Assembly (NCBI GenBank): GCA_038087875.1
Contig: CM075988.1
Coordinates: forward strand, 23,190,001-23,254,000
Length of the DNA: 64,000 bases
Direction: 5' to 3'
DNA from: Malacoraja senta
Lineage: Eukaryota
Below, in pieces: positions 24,353 to 36,954 of the stretch. A program made the position numbers and the translations under genes. The notes beneath the pieces were generated by a model. The model saw nothing but the letters and a program-made list of their open reading frames with translations, made no database searches and was not told the DNA's origin. The first letter of the stretch is position 1; every line of letters starts with the position of its first letter.

Positions 24353-25199
24353 TTATTCATGCATTAGACAGAAATTCAGCAAGATAGTGAAAAGTGAAAG
24401 ATTGTGCAAAACAGACAAAAACACAATCAGTGAACATGTCCTCGGTAGTGCAAGGGGTGGTCCGTGGTGTCCCATTGCCGAGGTGGGATTAGAGTTTTGC
24501 AGGTGCAACCTGCTAGTTGTAGGAAAGTAGCTGTTCCTGAACCTCAGTGGGTCAGGCAGCATCTGTGGAAAGGAATTGACAGACAATATCTTCAGTTTGA
24601 ATATCTATCGTCTGTCCATTTAACATCCACAGATGCTGCCTGACCCGCTGAATTCCGCCAGCACTTTCGTTTTTTACTCAGGATTCCAGTGTCTGCAGTT
24701 TCTTGTGTCTTTATTGTTCCTGAACCTGGCATGTGGGACTCCAGGCTTCTGTACCTCGTGCAGCAAGAAGAGGGAAAGGCCTGGATGGTGAAGATGCTTG
24801 ATGATAGATGCCGGACTTCTCGAGGCAGCACCTTCAATGGTGAGGAGCCCTGTGTCCGTTGATGGACCAGTCTGTCCACCACTCTCCGCAGCCTCTTGGA
24901 TTCCTGTGCATTGGAATTAGAGTCACAGAGTCTTACAGTGGAGAAACAGGCCCTTCGGCCCAACTTGTCCATGCGACCAACATTCCCCTTCTGCACTAGT
25001 CCCACCTGCCTGCATTTGGCCCATAACCCTCTAAACCTATCCTATCCATGTAACTGTCTAAGTGCTGCCTCAACAACCACCTCTGGCAGCTCGTTCCATA
25101 CACCCACTGCCCTTTGTGTGGAAAAAGTTACCATTCCAGGCCATGATTAAACCACTCATGTGTAGGAAGGAACTGCAGATGCTGGTTTAAACCAAAGAT

Positions 25200-25668
25200 A
25201 CTAAAATTTTGGAAACAGACAACAGACCCCACAGTGAAGATGTGGATTTCAGATATGTCCAAGACACTACACTTGGAAAACATTAGGCTTGTCTTGGCGG
25301 AAAAACCAGATCAATTTTCTTAAGACATGGACACCCTTTACTGAATTTTTACAACAATAGTATGGTGAAACACAAATTTAATTTAAATCCGATGCTATGT
25401 TGGGTGAGGGGGGGGGGGGGCAAGGCATATCTCCATCTTTTCTTATTTCTCTTTCTCTCTGCCGCACTGCTTTGGTAGCATAGGGGACTTTTTCTCGTTC
25501 TTTTCTATTTTATCCTTTCATTTTTTCCTTTCTTGCTTTCCCTTTCTTTCCTTTTTTCCATTTAGGTTATAAGGTTAAAATGAAGCTGTACAATAATTGT
25601 ATAATTCTAGATGCCGTACAATTGCTTCTAACAAAATTTTTTTTTTTTTTTTTTAATGAAAAAAAAAC
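25200..25668 (+). mobile_element. L1-clade LINE 3' end
   Basis: MWISDMSKTLHLENIRLVLAEKPDQF..TWTPFTEFLQQ*; G-run, T-rich UTR and A tail. Confidence 0.72.
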
Positions 25669-25669
25669 A

Positions 25670-26165
25670 AAGATAGGCACAAAAAGCTGGAGTAACTGCG
25701 CGGGTCGGACAGCATCTCCGGAGAAAAGGAATAGGTGACGATTTGGGATGAGACCCTTATTCAGACTGAGAGTCAGGGGAAAGGGGAAATTAGAGATATA
25801 GAAGGTGATGTAGAGAGATGTAGAACAAATGAATGAAAGATATGCACAAAATAACAATGATATAGGAAACAGGCCATTGTTAGCTGTGGCCTCGGTGGAA
25901 ACAAGTACAGATAATACAGACTCAACAAGACGACTTTGAAGCTGGTACGACTTGAGTGGGGGAGGGATGGAGAGACAGGGAATGCAAGGGTTACTTGAAG
26001 TTAGAGAAATCAAAATTCATACAGCTGTAAGCTGCCCAAGCTAAATATGAGATGCTGTTCCTCCAGTTTGCGTTTGGCTTCACTCTGACAATGGAGGAGG
26101 CCTGGGACGGAAAGGTCAGTGTGGGAGTGGGCAAAGGGAATTAAAGTGTCCAACAACCGGGAGAT
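25670..26165 (-). mobile_element. Penelope-like element 3' remnant
   Basis: Minus strand encodes SHTDLSVPGLLHCQSEAKRKLEEQHLIFSLGSLQ; then UTR and terminal repeat. Confidence 0.85.
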
Positions 26166-26295
26166 CAATCATGACTAATATAAAACGATTCAGCCAGTTG
26201 AATTCATTAATAGAGATCACCAAGCTTTGCTTGCCTTTTCTGTGAGGTCTCACATTCATTGTGCAGTGTTGTTACACAACCACACATTTTGGAGT

Positions 26296-26323
26296 CTGAA
26301 GAAGGGTCTCGACCCGAAACGTC
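26296..26323 (+). ncRNA. Minimal hammerhead ribozyme motif in PLE terminal repeat
   Basis: CTGAAGA-A-GGGT-CTCG-ACCC-GAAAC-GTC; stem I only ~2 bp. Confidence 0.6.
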
Positions 26324-27494
26324 ACCCATTACTTCTCCCCAGACATGTTGCCTGTCCCGCTGAGTTACTCCAGCATTTTGTGTCTATCTTTGGTTTTAAC
26401 CAACATCAGCAGTCCCTTCCTGCACATACATTTTACCTTATGGTTTCCATAGTAATCATTCGATCTGTAAAGAATTCAGTATTACACTCGGACAAAACTC
26501 TGAACATTAATAGCCCATAATCTTATTTGCACTTTATTAGTATATTTATTAATGTGTGTATATATTTATACTATGGTATATGGACACACTGATCTGTTCT
26601 GTAGTCATGCTTACTATGTTCTGTTGTGCTAAAGCAAAGCAAGAATTTCATTGTCCTATCAGGGACACATGACAATAAACTCTCTTGAACTCTCAGTACA
26701 AAGTGCTTTGGAGTGTAATTCAAGACAATGAAAGGCTTAATGGCTGAGCTAGGGAGCGATCATTTATAAAGTGTCAAATCATCAAGGGAAGTAAATAAGC
26801 ATTAAATTTCAAATCTATCAGCTGTCATGGGATCAACAGAAATTAGGAGCACCTGCAAAATGTCAAGTAGATTTTTAAATGGTCTATTGACAATGTCAAC
26901 AAAAATTTGCATTTATATAACACTCTTTTAAGTTAGTAAAGCCAATCCCAAGTGTGTCATGGAAATGTTACTAAATAGAATTCAATGGCAGACTGCGTAA
27001 AGAGATTTTAGGTGGGCTGGGGGTGGAGGGTGTGTGGGGGGGTGGGGGGTGGTGACAAGATGCTTCACCCATGGGGCAGGTTTAATGGGGCACATTTAAG
27101 GCGGAGATGTGTGAGTTGGCAGAGGAGATGAGAGGAGGAATTCCCAAACCTCCCATGTTGGCATTGGATGACACAGTTGGCAGTCACTGAGGTGATTAGA
27201 TTTGGAGAAGACCAAGGTGCACAAAGATTTCTCAGGGTTCTCGCATTACCTAGCTACAAATGAAGAGACCAGTGGGTTCATTGAGGCTATTCCTGATCCA
27301 GAGCACTCCTGCCCATCCCATTCCCCCATATGTCCTGGCAACTTGTACGGAGTTTGTACGTTCTCCCCGTGACCTGTGTGCGTTTTCTCCGTGCCGTACG
27401 GTTTCCTCCCACACGCTAAAGATGTACAGGGTTTGTAGGTTAATCCGCTTCGGTGAAATTGTAAATTGTCCCTGGCGTATGTAGGAAAGAGTTA

Positions 27495-27815
27495 TAGCCC
27501 TGTCCCACGGTACGAGTTCATTCCAAGAGCTCTCCCGAGTTTTAAAAATAATCAAACTCGTGGTAAGCACGGAGAATGAACGTAGCGGGTACGTCGGAGC
27601 TCAGGGACGTCTCTTCGCAGCTCGGAACGCGAACGGCAGGTCCTCGGGAAGACTCGCTAACGGCAGGTAAGCACGGGAAGACTCGTGAAGATTTTTCAAC
27701 GTGTTGAAAAATGTCCACGAGAGCCCCGAGTACCGACGAGTGGCCATTACCGTAAATCTCAGAGTTCGAATCAGGGCAAGCTCTTGGAATGAACTCGTAC
27801 CGTGGGACAGGGCTT
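27495..27815. mobile_element. PIF/Harbinger-type MITE inserted in a SINE (27340-27910)
   Basis: TTA TSD; same family as 24031 in opposite orientation; host SINE sequence gttagtgtgcgggg is split. Confidence 0.9.
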
Positions 27816-29002
27816 TTAGTGTGCGGGGATCGCTGGTCGGCGCGGACTCGGTGGGCCGAAGGACGTGTTTCCGCACTGCACCTCAACTAAACATTAACTA
27901 AACTAAACTACTGCCTCTGGCATTTCCAGATCTCCTCGAGTGGAGACATTCTCACAACATCTAGCCCAAAACATAATGTTTGGAGCTGCCACAAAACATT
28001 ATGCTTCAGTGGGGTTAGCTAAACTCCAGAGAGAAGCATAACTGGTCCATAAACAAGATATGTATAGGAATGAACTGTAGATGCTGGTTTATACCAAAGG
28101 CCAATATCACTGTCTATATCTCTCGTTTCCCTTTCCCCTGACTCTCAGTCTGAAGAAGGGTCTCAACATGAACAAGAAAACGTGCTTTGTCTCTGTTACT
28201 CCTCACTACACTGACAGACTCGTGCAGACAAAACGTGTAGGAAGGAACTGCAGATGCCGGTCTGAGTCTGAACAAGAAGTCCGACCCCGAAACATCACCC
28301 ATCCTTTTTCTCCAGAGTTGTTGCCTGACTCGCTGAGTTACTCCAGCACTTTGTGTCTATCTAGTGGGCAAATCGTAATCTGTGTAATTCGGTACCAATC
28401 TCTTCCAAATGTTCACTTCTGAACAAATGATCAATAGCTTTGCCAGGATGGATTGAGTTACTTCATGTTTTGCCTCTGTTGGCTGTTCTGATAGTTGAGA
28501 GGAGTGTGTTTTTAACCATGGATATTCAATCCTATTGTTGCATGCTGTGTGTGATTATTTTAAACCGATAATACCTTGATAGTGCCTTTTCTGCATTTTT
28601 GTGAACTATGCTATTGTACTAATAATATGTTTGGCTTATTCTATTGTATTGTTTGACAAGACTGTTTGCACTTCACCATTAATTCACTCCTTTTCTTCCT
28701 TCTGTTGGCTCAGGTACATTTCTCAAAGCATTGAAGACTTATTAATGATTTGACTGGGTCTGAAGTGCTGAGCATAATAGATGAGATGAGACACCAGTAA
28801 ACACCTCCTTTGGAAATGGCCTGCAAGTTTATACTTCTTAATCAGTGATTAAATTGAATTGAATTGAATCGTTTATGGTCACATGTGACAGGTCACAGTG
28901 AAATTCTTTTGCTTGCATACCCAAGGTATTCAAACAGGACTGCTGGGCACTGCGGGGGGTTCAATGCATCCTTGACAAGGACTGTAAGATATGTTGTATA
29001 AT

Positions 29003-29654
29003 AGTTTTTTTAATGTTTATTTTATCAGAAGCAATTGTACAAGAATAAAGCAATCGGCATAACAATTATACAATTTTCGTGCAGCTTCATTTTTAACATT
29101 TTATAAACTGAATCAGGAAAAAATAAATAAAAGGGAAAGAATGAAGAAAAAGAAGAAAGATACAAAAAAGAGAGAAGAAAAGACCAGGTACACAAAAATG
29201 CTGGAGAAACTCAGCGGGTGCGGCAGCATCTATGGAGCGAAGGAAATAGGCAACGTTTCGGGCCTATTCGTCTGAAGAAGGATTTCGGCCCGAAACGTTG
29301 CCTATTTCCTTCGCTCTATGGATGCTGCTGCACCCGCTGAGTTTCTCCAGCATTTTTGTGTACCTGGGATTTTCCAGCATCTGCAGTTCCTTCTTAAACA
29401 GAGAAGAAAAGACCCCTGAACTGCCAAAGAAGTGAGAGAAGGAAAAAAAAGAGAAAAGGAAAAAAACGGAGATATGTCCCACTATCCTTCCCTAACTCCC
29501 CCCCCCCCCCTCTGCTCACCCATCCCAATCATCGGTTTTAAATTTGTGTTCAACCATTCTGTTGTTGAAGAAATTCAGTGAAAGGAGACCATGTTTTGGA
29601 GAATTGGTCTGATTTATCGGCCAAAACAAGCCTTATTTTTTCTAAATGTAGTGT
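29003..29654 (-). mobile_element. L1-clade LINE 3' end, with PLE palindrome nested at 29188-29400
   Basis: Minus strand TLHLEKIRLVLADKSDQFSKTWSPFTEFLQQQNG*; agagaagaaaagacc duplicated around the nested palindrome; runs into the gap. Confidence 0.78.
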
Positions 29655-29854
29655 NNNNNNNNNNNNNNNNNNNNNNNNNNNNNNNNNNNNNNNNNNNNNN
29701 NNNNNNNNNNNNNNNNNNNNNNNNNNNNNNNNNNNNNNNNNNNNNNNNNNNNNNNNNNNNNNNNNNNNNNNNNNNNNNNNNNNNNNNNNNNNNNNNNNNN
29801 NNNNNNNNNNNNNNNNNNNNNNNNNNNNNNNNNNNNNNNNNNNNNNNNNNNNNN
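29655..29854. other. Assembly gap (200 N)
   Basis: Run of exactly 200 N. Confidence 1.
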
Positions 29855-30544
29855 ACAGGTACCTACAGTATGTACCTTGGTTCAGGGAGAGTACAGGTAA
29901 ATGTAACTTTGGGCAGATCCTGCCAATAATAATTTCAATAAAAACACCACCATGAATTCACGGACACAAACGGATGTACACGTGCATTACATGCGCCTTG
30001 TCAGGCACCTGCCTCTGGTAACGTACATTTTTGAACTGTCTTGCTCGGGATTGTTCCGAATAATGTTGGCTGTCTGAGCTAAGCTTAGACAGAGCCCAAC
30101 GTAGCCCAACAGAAGCCCAATGTGAGCTAAACAAGGGCCAGACACAAACCAACACATTCGAACCTGGTTGCATCCAACAGCCTATTCTAACCTCACACGA
30201 GACCTTTGAGGATCAATACTGTTCACTAAACTATCCAGTTTGATGTCACCCTAGATACAAAGTTTTGTAATATTCAACAAGATAAGCATCAAACATGTTA
30301 TTTAACAAAATTGACAGTGAGTGTTTTACGAGCAAACAGACTTATGACTGAGCTGGCACTAAACAAATTGATGATGCCACTAATTTATAAAAGGAAGATA
30401 GGGTGAGTTGACTTTTGATTTCAGTATTGCACGGGCATTTACGTCCAGCAAAAGCCAGGCATCAGCCAACACCAGCCCAGTCAGACCAACACAGGCCCAG
30501 CACAGTCCAAGATAAGACTGGTCGACTGCCTGCCCCTTTTCCGT

Positions 30545-30750
30545 GCCCGCGTCTCCCTGGAGAGGGAACTCTGGAGGCCTTCCGCGAACGCTGGTCGCCG
30601 CGGGAGGTCGAATGTATTGTTGATAACATTGTTAATATTTTAATTTGATAACTTTGTTTGTAAACTGCCAATAAAGGCATTCTTTGATCGTGTTACTACT
30701 CTGTATTTTTGTTTGTTCCGAGTAAAAGCATTTTGTATTAAAAAAAAAAG
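30545..30750 (+). mobile_element. Tx1-like LINE extreme 3' fragment
   Basis: GTLEAFRERWSPREVEC motif, AATAAA, A tail. Confidence 0.55.
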
Positions 30751-30884
30751 ATAAGACTGATACCCAGGGACTCAATACGAGTTGGACACAAGCTGACACA
30801 GGTCTATAACTAACCCACACAAGTCTGAAATAAATTGGACGGGATTTCACTCACAAGATTATTTTAGATTTACACAAGCCCATC

Positions 30885-31192
30885 ACAGCGGCATCGTGGC
30901 GCAGCGGTAGAGTTGCTGCCTCACAGCGCCAGAGACCCGGGTTTGATCCTGACTAGGGGTGCTGTCTGTACAGAGTTTGCACTTTCTCCCTGTGACCGCG
31001 TGGGTTTCCTCTGGGTGCCCTGGTTTCCTCCCACACTCCCAAAGATAAACAGCTTTGTAGGTCAATTGGCCTCTGTAAATTGCCCCGAACATGTAGGGTG
31101 TGGATGTGAAAATGGAATACATAGAACTAGGGATTAGTGGTTGGCATGGACTTGGGGCCGAAGGGCCTGTTTCCATGCTGTATGTCTAAAAT
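30885..31192 (+). mobile_element. HE1/V-SINE-type SINE
   Basis: tRNA-like head and CR1-like tail. Confidence 0.88.
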
Positions 31193-31466
31193 AAACCCAC
31201 CAATACTGAAGAACAAGGAACTGCAGGTGCTGGAATCTTGAGCAAAACCCAAAGTGCTGGAGTAACTCAGCAGGTCAGGCAGCATCTGTGGGAGGGATTG
31301 GATAGGCAATGTTCTGGGTAGTAATGCAGTCTTAAGAAGGGTTCCAACAGTCCATTCCCTCTACAGAAGCTGCCTGACCCGCTGAGTTCTCATGTGCTTT
31401 GTTCTGCGTCACCAAGACTGAGGCTTTTTCTAATACTTAAACTGCCTTCTTAACACGGCCTTCTTT

Positions 31467-31760
31467 AGGGTGGCACGGTGGCGCAGCAGTAAAGTTGCTG
31501 CCTTGCAGCGCCAGAGGCCTGGGGATCGATCCTGATTACGGGTGCTTCGGTACAGAGTTTGTATGGTTCTCCCCGTGACCACGTGGGTTTTCCCCTTGCG
31601 CTCCGGTTTCCTCCCACACTCCAAAGACGTGCAGGTTGATTGGCTTTGGTAAAAATTGTTAATTGTCCCTAGTGTGTAGGATAGCGTTAGTGTGTAGGTG
31701 ATCGCTGGTCGGCACGGAGTCGGTGGGCGAAAGGGCCTGTTTCTGCGCTGTATCTCTAAA
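31467..31760 (+). mobile_element. HE1/V-SINE-type SINE
   Basis: Head, body and tail. Confidence 0.88.
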
Positions 31761-34674
31761 ATGTAGGCTAAACACACATCAGTTCTTGTGACCAGTGAGC
31801 ATCAACCCTACAATCTTGTTTGTATTACATCCTATCTATCAGAACTAAATGACACGTTAATAACTGTGCTCAGGTATGAATTGATTTATCGCATTCATAT
31901 CGTAATTCCTCAGCTGCAGGCAGTTAACTGTAAAAGCCATGCCTGATTAGGCCAGCAGCTGCCTAACTACCCAAACCCTTGACCTCTAAGACACAAAAAG
32001 CTGGAGTAACTCAGCGGGTCAGACAGCATCTCCGGAGAAAAAGAATAGGCGAGGTCTCGGGACGAGACCCTTCAGACTGAGAGCCTGGGGAAAGGGAACG
32101 AGAGATATAGATGGTGATATGGAGAGATATTGAGCAGATGAATGAAAGATGTGCAAAGATGTAATGATGATAAAGGAGACAGGCAATTGTTAGCTGTGGT
32201 CGAGGTGAAAACGAGTTGCATACAATGACCTCCTAACCAGCTTCAGCCCAGGTGGGACAATTTTTTGTCGTGAAAATGTATAACATTCTTTCCATGATGG
32301 AATGTTGTAGGAGGAGGCCCAAATCCTAAATTATTGTCTGCCTTCATAGATGGCCTTCCCTCACATTTATCATCTGTGCTTGCTCCTGAAGCCATCTTCA
32401 TCACTGAATGCTAACCGAGCTTCAGGTATGGGAACAAGACAACTCAGTATATTTTGTGAACGTTTACTGAAGCCAAGTAACACAACAACTAATATAATGT
32501 TAAAATCCAACGCTTAATGTAATATCGAAGATAGGCACAAAATGCTGGAGTAACTCTGCTGGGACAGGCAGCATCTCCGGAGAGATGGAATGGGTGAGGT
32601 TTCGGGGTCGAGACCCTTCTCCAGACTGAGAGACAGGGGAGAGGGAGACACAGAGATATGGAAGGGTAAGGTGTGAAAATGAGAGATCAATGTAACATGA
32701 CATATTACAAGAAATAAAGGAATTATATGACATCGGTTTATATGATAAGAAATGCTTCAAACTAACAGTAAAGTGCCATGCATTTCAATAGTCTGAACTT
32801 AAGTGATCTTACACAGCTTTTAATTCTTAATTCACTGTAACTTTAGCTTTGAAGTAAATAGCACTATCTTTGATTTTGGATGCAACCACACCAGGGTGAT
32901 CGCATAACATATATGCCCCCCCCCCCCACTCTCCCACCGCCTTACCCCACCCTCAGCTGTCCAGTTTGGCCAAACCTGTTCGAAGTTTCCTTGCATGTTG
33001 ACCAGTTTCACCCCACTCAACGCTGCATTTCTTAATAGAGAAGAGTCACTTCGGTGACAACTGACTGCAACAAACTCCTCCTCCGAGGTTACCTCTTCCT
33101 AATAAGGCCAAGTATGCAAACCAAATTCAATCGGCGTCAATTTTCACTGAAAGGTTATTTTCGTGCGGGAGATCTCCGAGTCTAAAACTTCTTGAAAAGT
33201 TTCTACACTATCGAAATTTCACAGTGAATGTCAATTGCATTCTTAAATTAATCTCGTTTGTGAAAAAGCGGTTTAATTTCCTTGCGGTTTCTTCATCTCA
33301 GAGTCATATTTTTTAAAGTTGATTTAAGTGAGTGGTAATCCCTCATAACGCAGGTAGACAGTAGAGGATAATCCCCTCTTATCTTCTTCGATCCGCCTGC
33401 ATTTTATTTCGCTCCTCCCACCACCCTGCCTCCGTTAATGTCTCATCCATGAAAAAAACAGGCCCTGGCTTTTCATTTTTTATTAAATTACAAGGTTTGA
33501 GTTTCTTTGACATTCAGAGCATGTCCTTAATTATCCTGGAGAAGGAGGTGGTGATCGCTACTTTTGGAACCTTTGCAGTCCTTCAGGTGAACAATGCTTC
33601 CACAGTGAATTCCACTACCTGGACCCTATCTGGAGAATAAAGGAAAGGCAAGCCATGCCAAGCCGGGATGGGGTTTGACTTATAGCCTTGGGAAGTGGGT
33701 GGAGGATTATTGCCCTTGAATGCTGCCTGACTGAGAGTGATAAAGGAAATGCTCAATGTTCTCCGAGGAAAGGTTTCAAGGTGGATAGAACATATTCAGA
33801 GGGATATGGGCCAAATGCGGGCAACTGGAACTAGTTGAGATGGGCATCTTGGTCGCCATGGACGAGTTATGCCAAAGGAAATGGTTCTGTGCTGTATGAT
33901 TCTATGACTCTCTGACTCTAATGTCAAGGGCACCACATTGGCACAGCAGTTTATATGTTATGGGAGCAGAATTAGGCCATTCGGCCCATCACGTCTAGTC
34001 CACCATTTAATCTTTCCCTCTTAACTACATTCTCCTGCCTTCTCCCCATAACCCCTGATAACTTGGGTTGTTGCCTTGCAGCGCCAGAGACTTGGGTTCA
34101 ATCCTGATGATTGGTGCTTGTCTGGACAGAGTTTGTACGTTCTCCCTGTGACCACATGGGTTTCCTCCGGGTGCTCCGGTTTACTCCCACATCCCAAAGA
34201 TGTACAAGTTTATAGGTGAATTGGCTTCTGTAAATTGTCCCTCGACAGTTGGACAGAGCTTGTGTACGCGGTGATTGGTGATTACTGTAGGAGCCATTTA
34301 TGTTTAGGCCAGCTACTGTTGGCATATTGTATTATTTTGTCGAGATATATCTTGCAGTATTATTTTGGACATTTGGGGGTGGCCATTGGATGCACAGGCG
34401 CGGGGATCACTGGTCGGTGTGGACTCGGTGGGCTGTAGGGCCTGTTTCCACGCTGTATCTCTAAACTGAACTAAACTAAACTAAATGTAAGATTCTGCTT
34501 CTGCTTATAAAACAGAATTCTTTCTTTCTTTCTTTTAAAATCTTTTTAATAATTGTTTTCAAAAACAAAAACAAAACACAAAAAAAACCCAATACTGATA
34601 AACATAACAGTGATATTGATACATTGGGATCAGGATTACATTAATAACTGGTATAACAAAAGTATGAGTCCAGT

Positions 34675-34966
34675 GTCAATAGACAATAGACAATAGACAA
34701 TAGACAATAGACAATAGGTGCAGGAGTAGGCCATTCGACCCTTCGAGCCAGCACCGCCATTCAATGTGATCATGGCTGATCATCCCCAATCAGTACCCCG
34801 TTCCTCCCTTCTCCCCATATCCCCTGACTCCACTATTTTTAAGAGCCCTATCTAGCTCTCTCTTGAAAGCATCCAGAGAACCTGCCTCCACCGCCCTCTG
34901 AGGCAGAGAATTCCACAGACTCACCACTCTCTGTGAGAAAAAGTGTTTCCTCATCTCCGTTCTAAA
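34675..34966 (-). mobile_element. Young CR1 LINE 3' end
   Basis: (agacaat)x5 tail; same subfamily sequence as 19180. Confidence 0.9.
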
Positions 34967-35326
34967 TACACATTGGGTATAGAAGAATTCAAAGGTTTAT
35001 TTCAATTATCCTTGTGCATAGAACATGTCTGACAGAACTAACATAGAACATAGGACAGTTCAGGCACAAGACCATGCACTTTGCTCTGTAATGTCTGTGT
35101 TGATCCATGTCCCTACATTCCCTGCACATCTAAAAAGCCTCATAAACCTCACCATTGTATCAGCCTCCACCACCAATTTCTATCGTCACTGGTTCAGCCA
35201 TTGAACATAAACAGTGATGGCAATATCCCTGTGGATATTCAGGAAAACTTCAATATGGACGTTACTACTGAACAAAGCTTAATAGATAAGGAAGGGGTTG
35301 GCGTAGCTGGGGGAGAGAGGAAAATC

Positions 35327-35547
35327 CTCTGTGGAATTCTCTGCCTCAGAGGGCGGTGGAGGCAGGTTCTCTGGATGCTTTCAAGAAAGAGCTAGATAGT
35401 GCTCTTAAAAATAGCGGAGTCATGGGATATGGGGAGAAGGCAGGAACGGGGTACTGATTGGGGATGATCAGCCATGATCACATTGAATGGCGGTGCTGGC
35501 TCGAAGGGCCGAATGGCCTACTCCTGCACTTATTGTCTATTGTCTAT
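35327..35547 (+). mobile_element. Young CR1 LINE 3' end
   Basis: ctgtggaattctctgcctcagagggcgg...ctattgtctatt. Confidence 0.9.
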
Positions 35548-36048
35548 TTCCCAATGTAGAAATGGCTGCGGAGGCCAAGTCATTGGGAAAGATTGAAAAG
35601 TTTTTGATTAGTGAGGATGGATTGCCGCTGTACTGAACAAGTCTCTGACTCTAGGCAGCACTGGGCTGCTGGTAGAACCACTGCATCACAGCGCCAGAGA
35701 CCCGGCTTCCATCCCGACCCCGACTCACGTCTGAGTGGAGTTTCAACATTCTCCCTCTAACCACGTGAGTTTCCTCCTACCATCCCAAAGACTCAAGTGT
35801 TTGCAGGTTCATTGGGCTCTGTAAAAATTCAGGCGGTGGGATAACGGTGGATGCATCGTGAACAAGCTCGGAAGCCCCGAAGATCGGAGAGTGGAGGAGG
35901 AGGGAGCCGCTGGTGAAGACCCACAAGAGGAGTGGGCCGGTAGGAGAGGGACTGGGGTATTGCCTCCAGCGCCTTCAAGGGTGGCTGTAGGAGGAGCCCC
36001 CGGGACACAGAGGCAGTCGGACGAGGAGAGGGATGCAGCAGCCTGGGG

Positions 36049-36140
36049 CTTACCTGGGTTTACCTGGACTTACCTGGGCTTACCTGGGTTTACCTGTGTT
36101 TACCTGGACTTACCTGGGTTTACCTGGGCTTACCTGGATT
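36049..36140. repeat. 10-bp minisatellite (TACCTGGNYT)x9
   Basis: Nine consecutive units, 36051-36140. Confidence 0.95.
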
Positions 36141-36954
36141 GGTGGCGCTCCATTACTTCCAATATTGAACCAGACTTTGGACCTTGAGCTGTTTTGTTTC
36201 CTTTGTAAACGCCGCCAAAATATGTGCCTTTGTGAGTTGTGCAAAAGAATTTCACTGGGCCGTGCATACATGACAATAAAGTACCATTGAACCAGGTGAA
36301 GGATGATCAGCATGGACTCAGTGGGCCGAAGGACCTAGTTCATGTTGTATCGGTAAACTAAACTAATTTCCAGTTCCAACCCTAAGCTGATCCCATGGTC
36401 CAACTCTGCAGTCTACCCTTTGTGTAATTTTCTTCACTTGTAACTGTAAGAATTTCTATTTTGATGTTACACCCGGTCAAACTCTTTTCATGAATTCACT
36501 CACAGGAGTAAAATTGGCAAGGATAAGCACTCCGCGTTTCCCTTGAACTGAACAGCTCTCTACTCTGCAAGGTTTCCCTTTGTATTACCTGTTGTACTAG
36601 TTCATGGTTTCGCTTGCACTCATCCACTGCATGATTTGATGGGAACGCACGCAAGCAGATGTGTTTCATTGTATTCCGGTACACATGACAACAATAAATC
36701 AATTCCAATCTGACAACTCGCTCGAACTTCAGAGAGGGTACGACAGTGAAACTATTTTTTTTGAGGATCAGGAAAGCAACTTTACAGTAGACGTTCCATG
36801 ATCACTATATTGATACACTCTCTTTAATCCAATTACTTATGGAGTCATAGAGCGATACAGCGTGGAAACATGCCCTTCGGCCCAACATGTCCCAGCTACT
36901 CTAGCCCCACCTGCCCACGTTTGGCCCATATCCCTCCAAACCTGTCCTATCCAT

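Noticed and set aside
28714..28800. Plus-strand acceptor followed by a protein-like stretch (YISQSIED/INDLTGSEVLSIIDEMRHQ)
   Set aside because: Needs a frameshift, all frames close early and no homology is recognised
29578..29955. ORFs spanning the N run
   Set aside because: Artefact of the 200-N gap; contiguity across it is unverified
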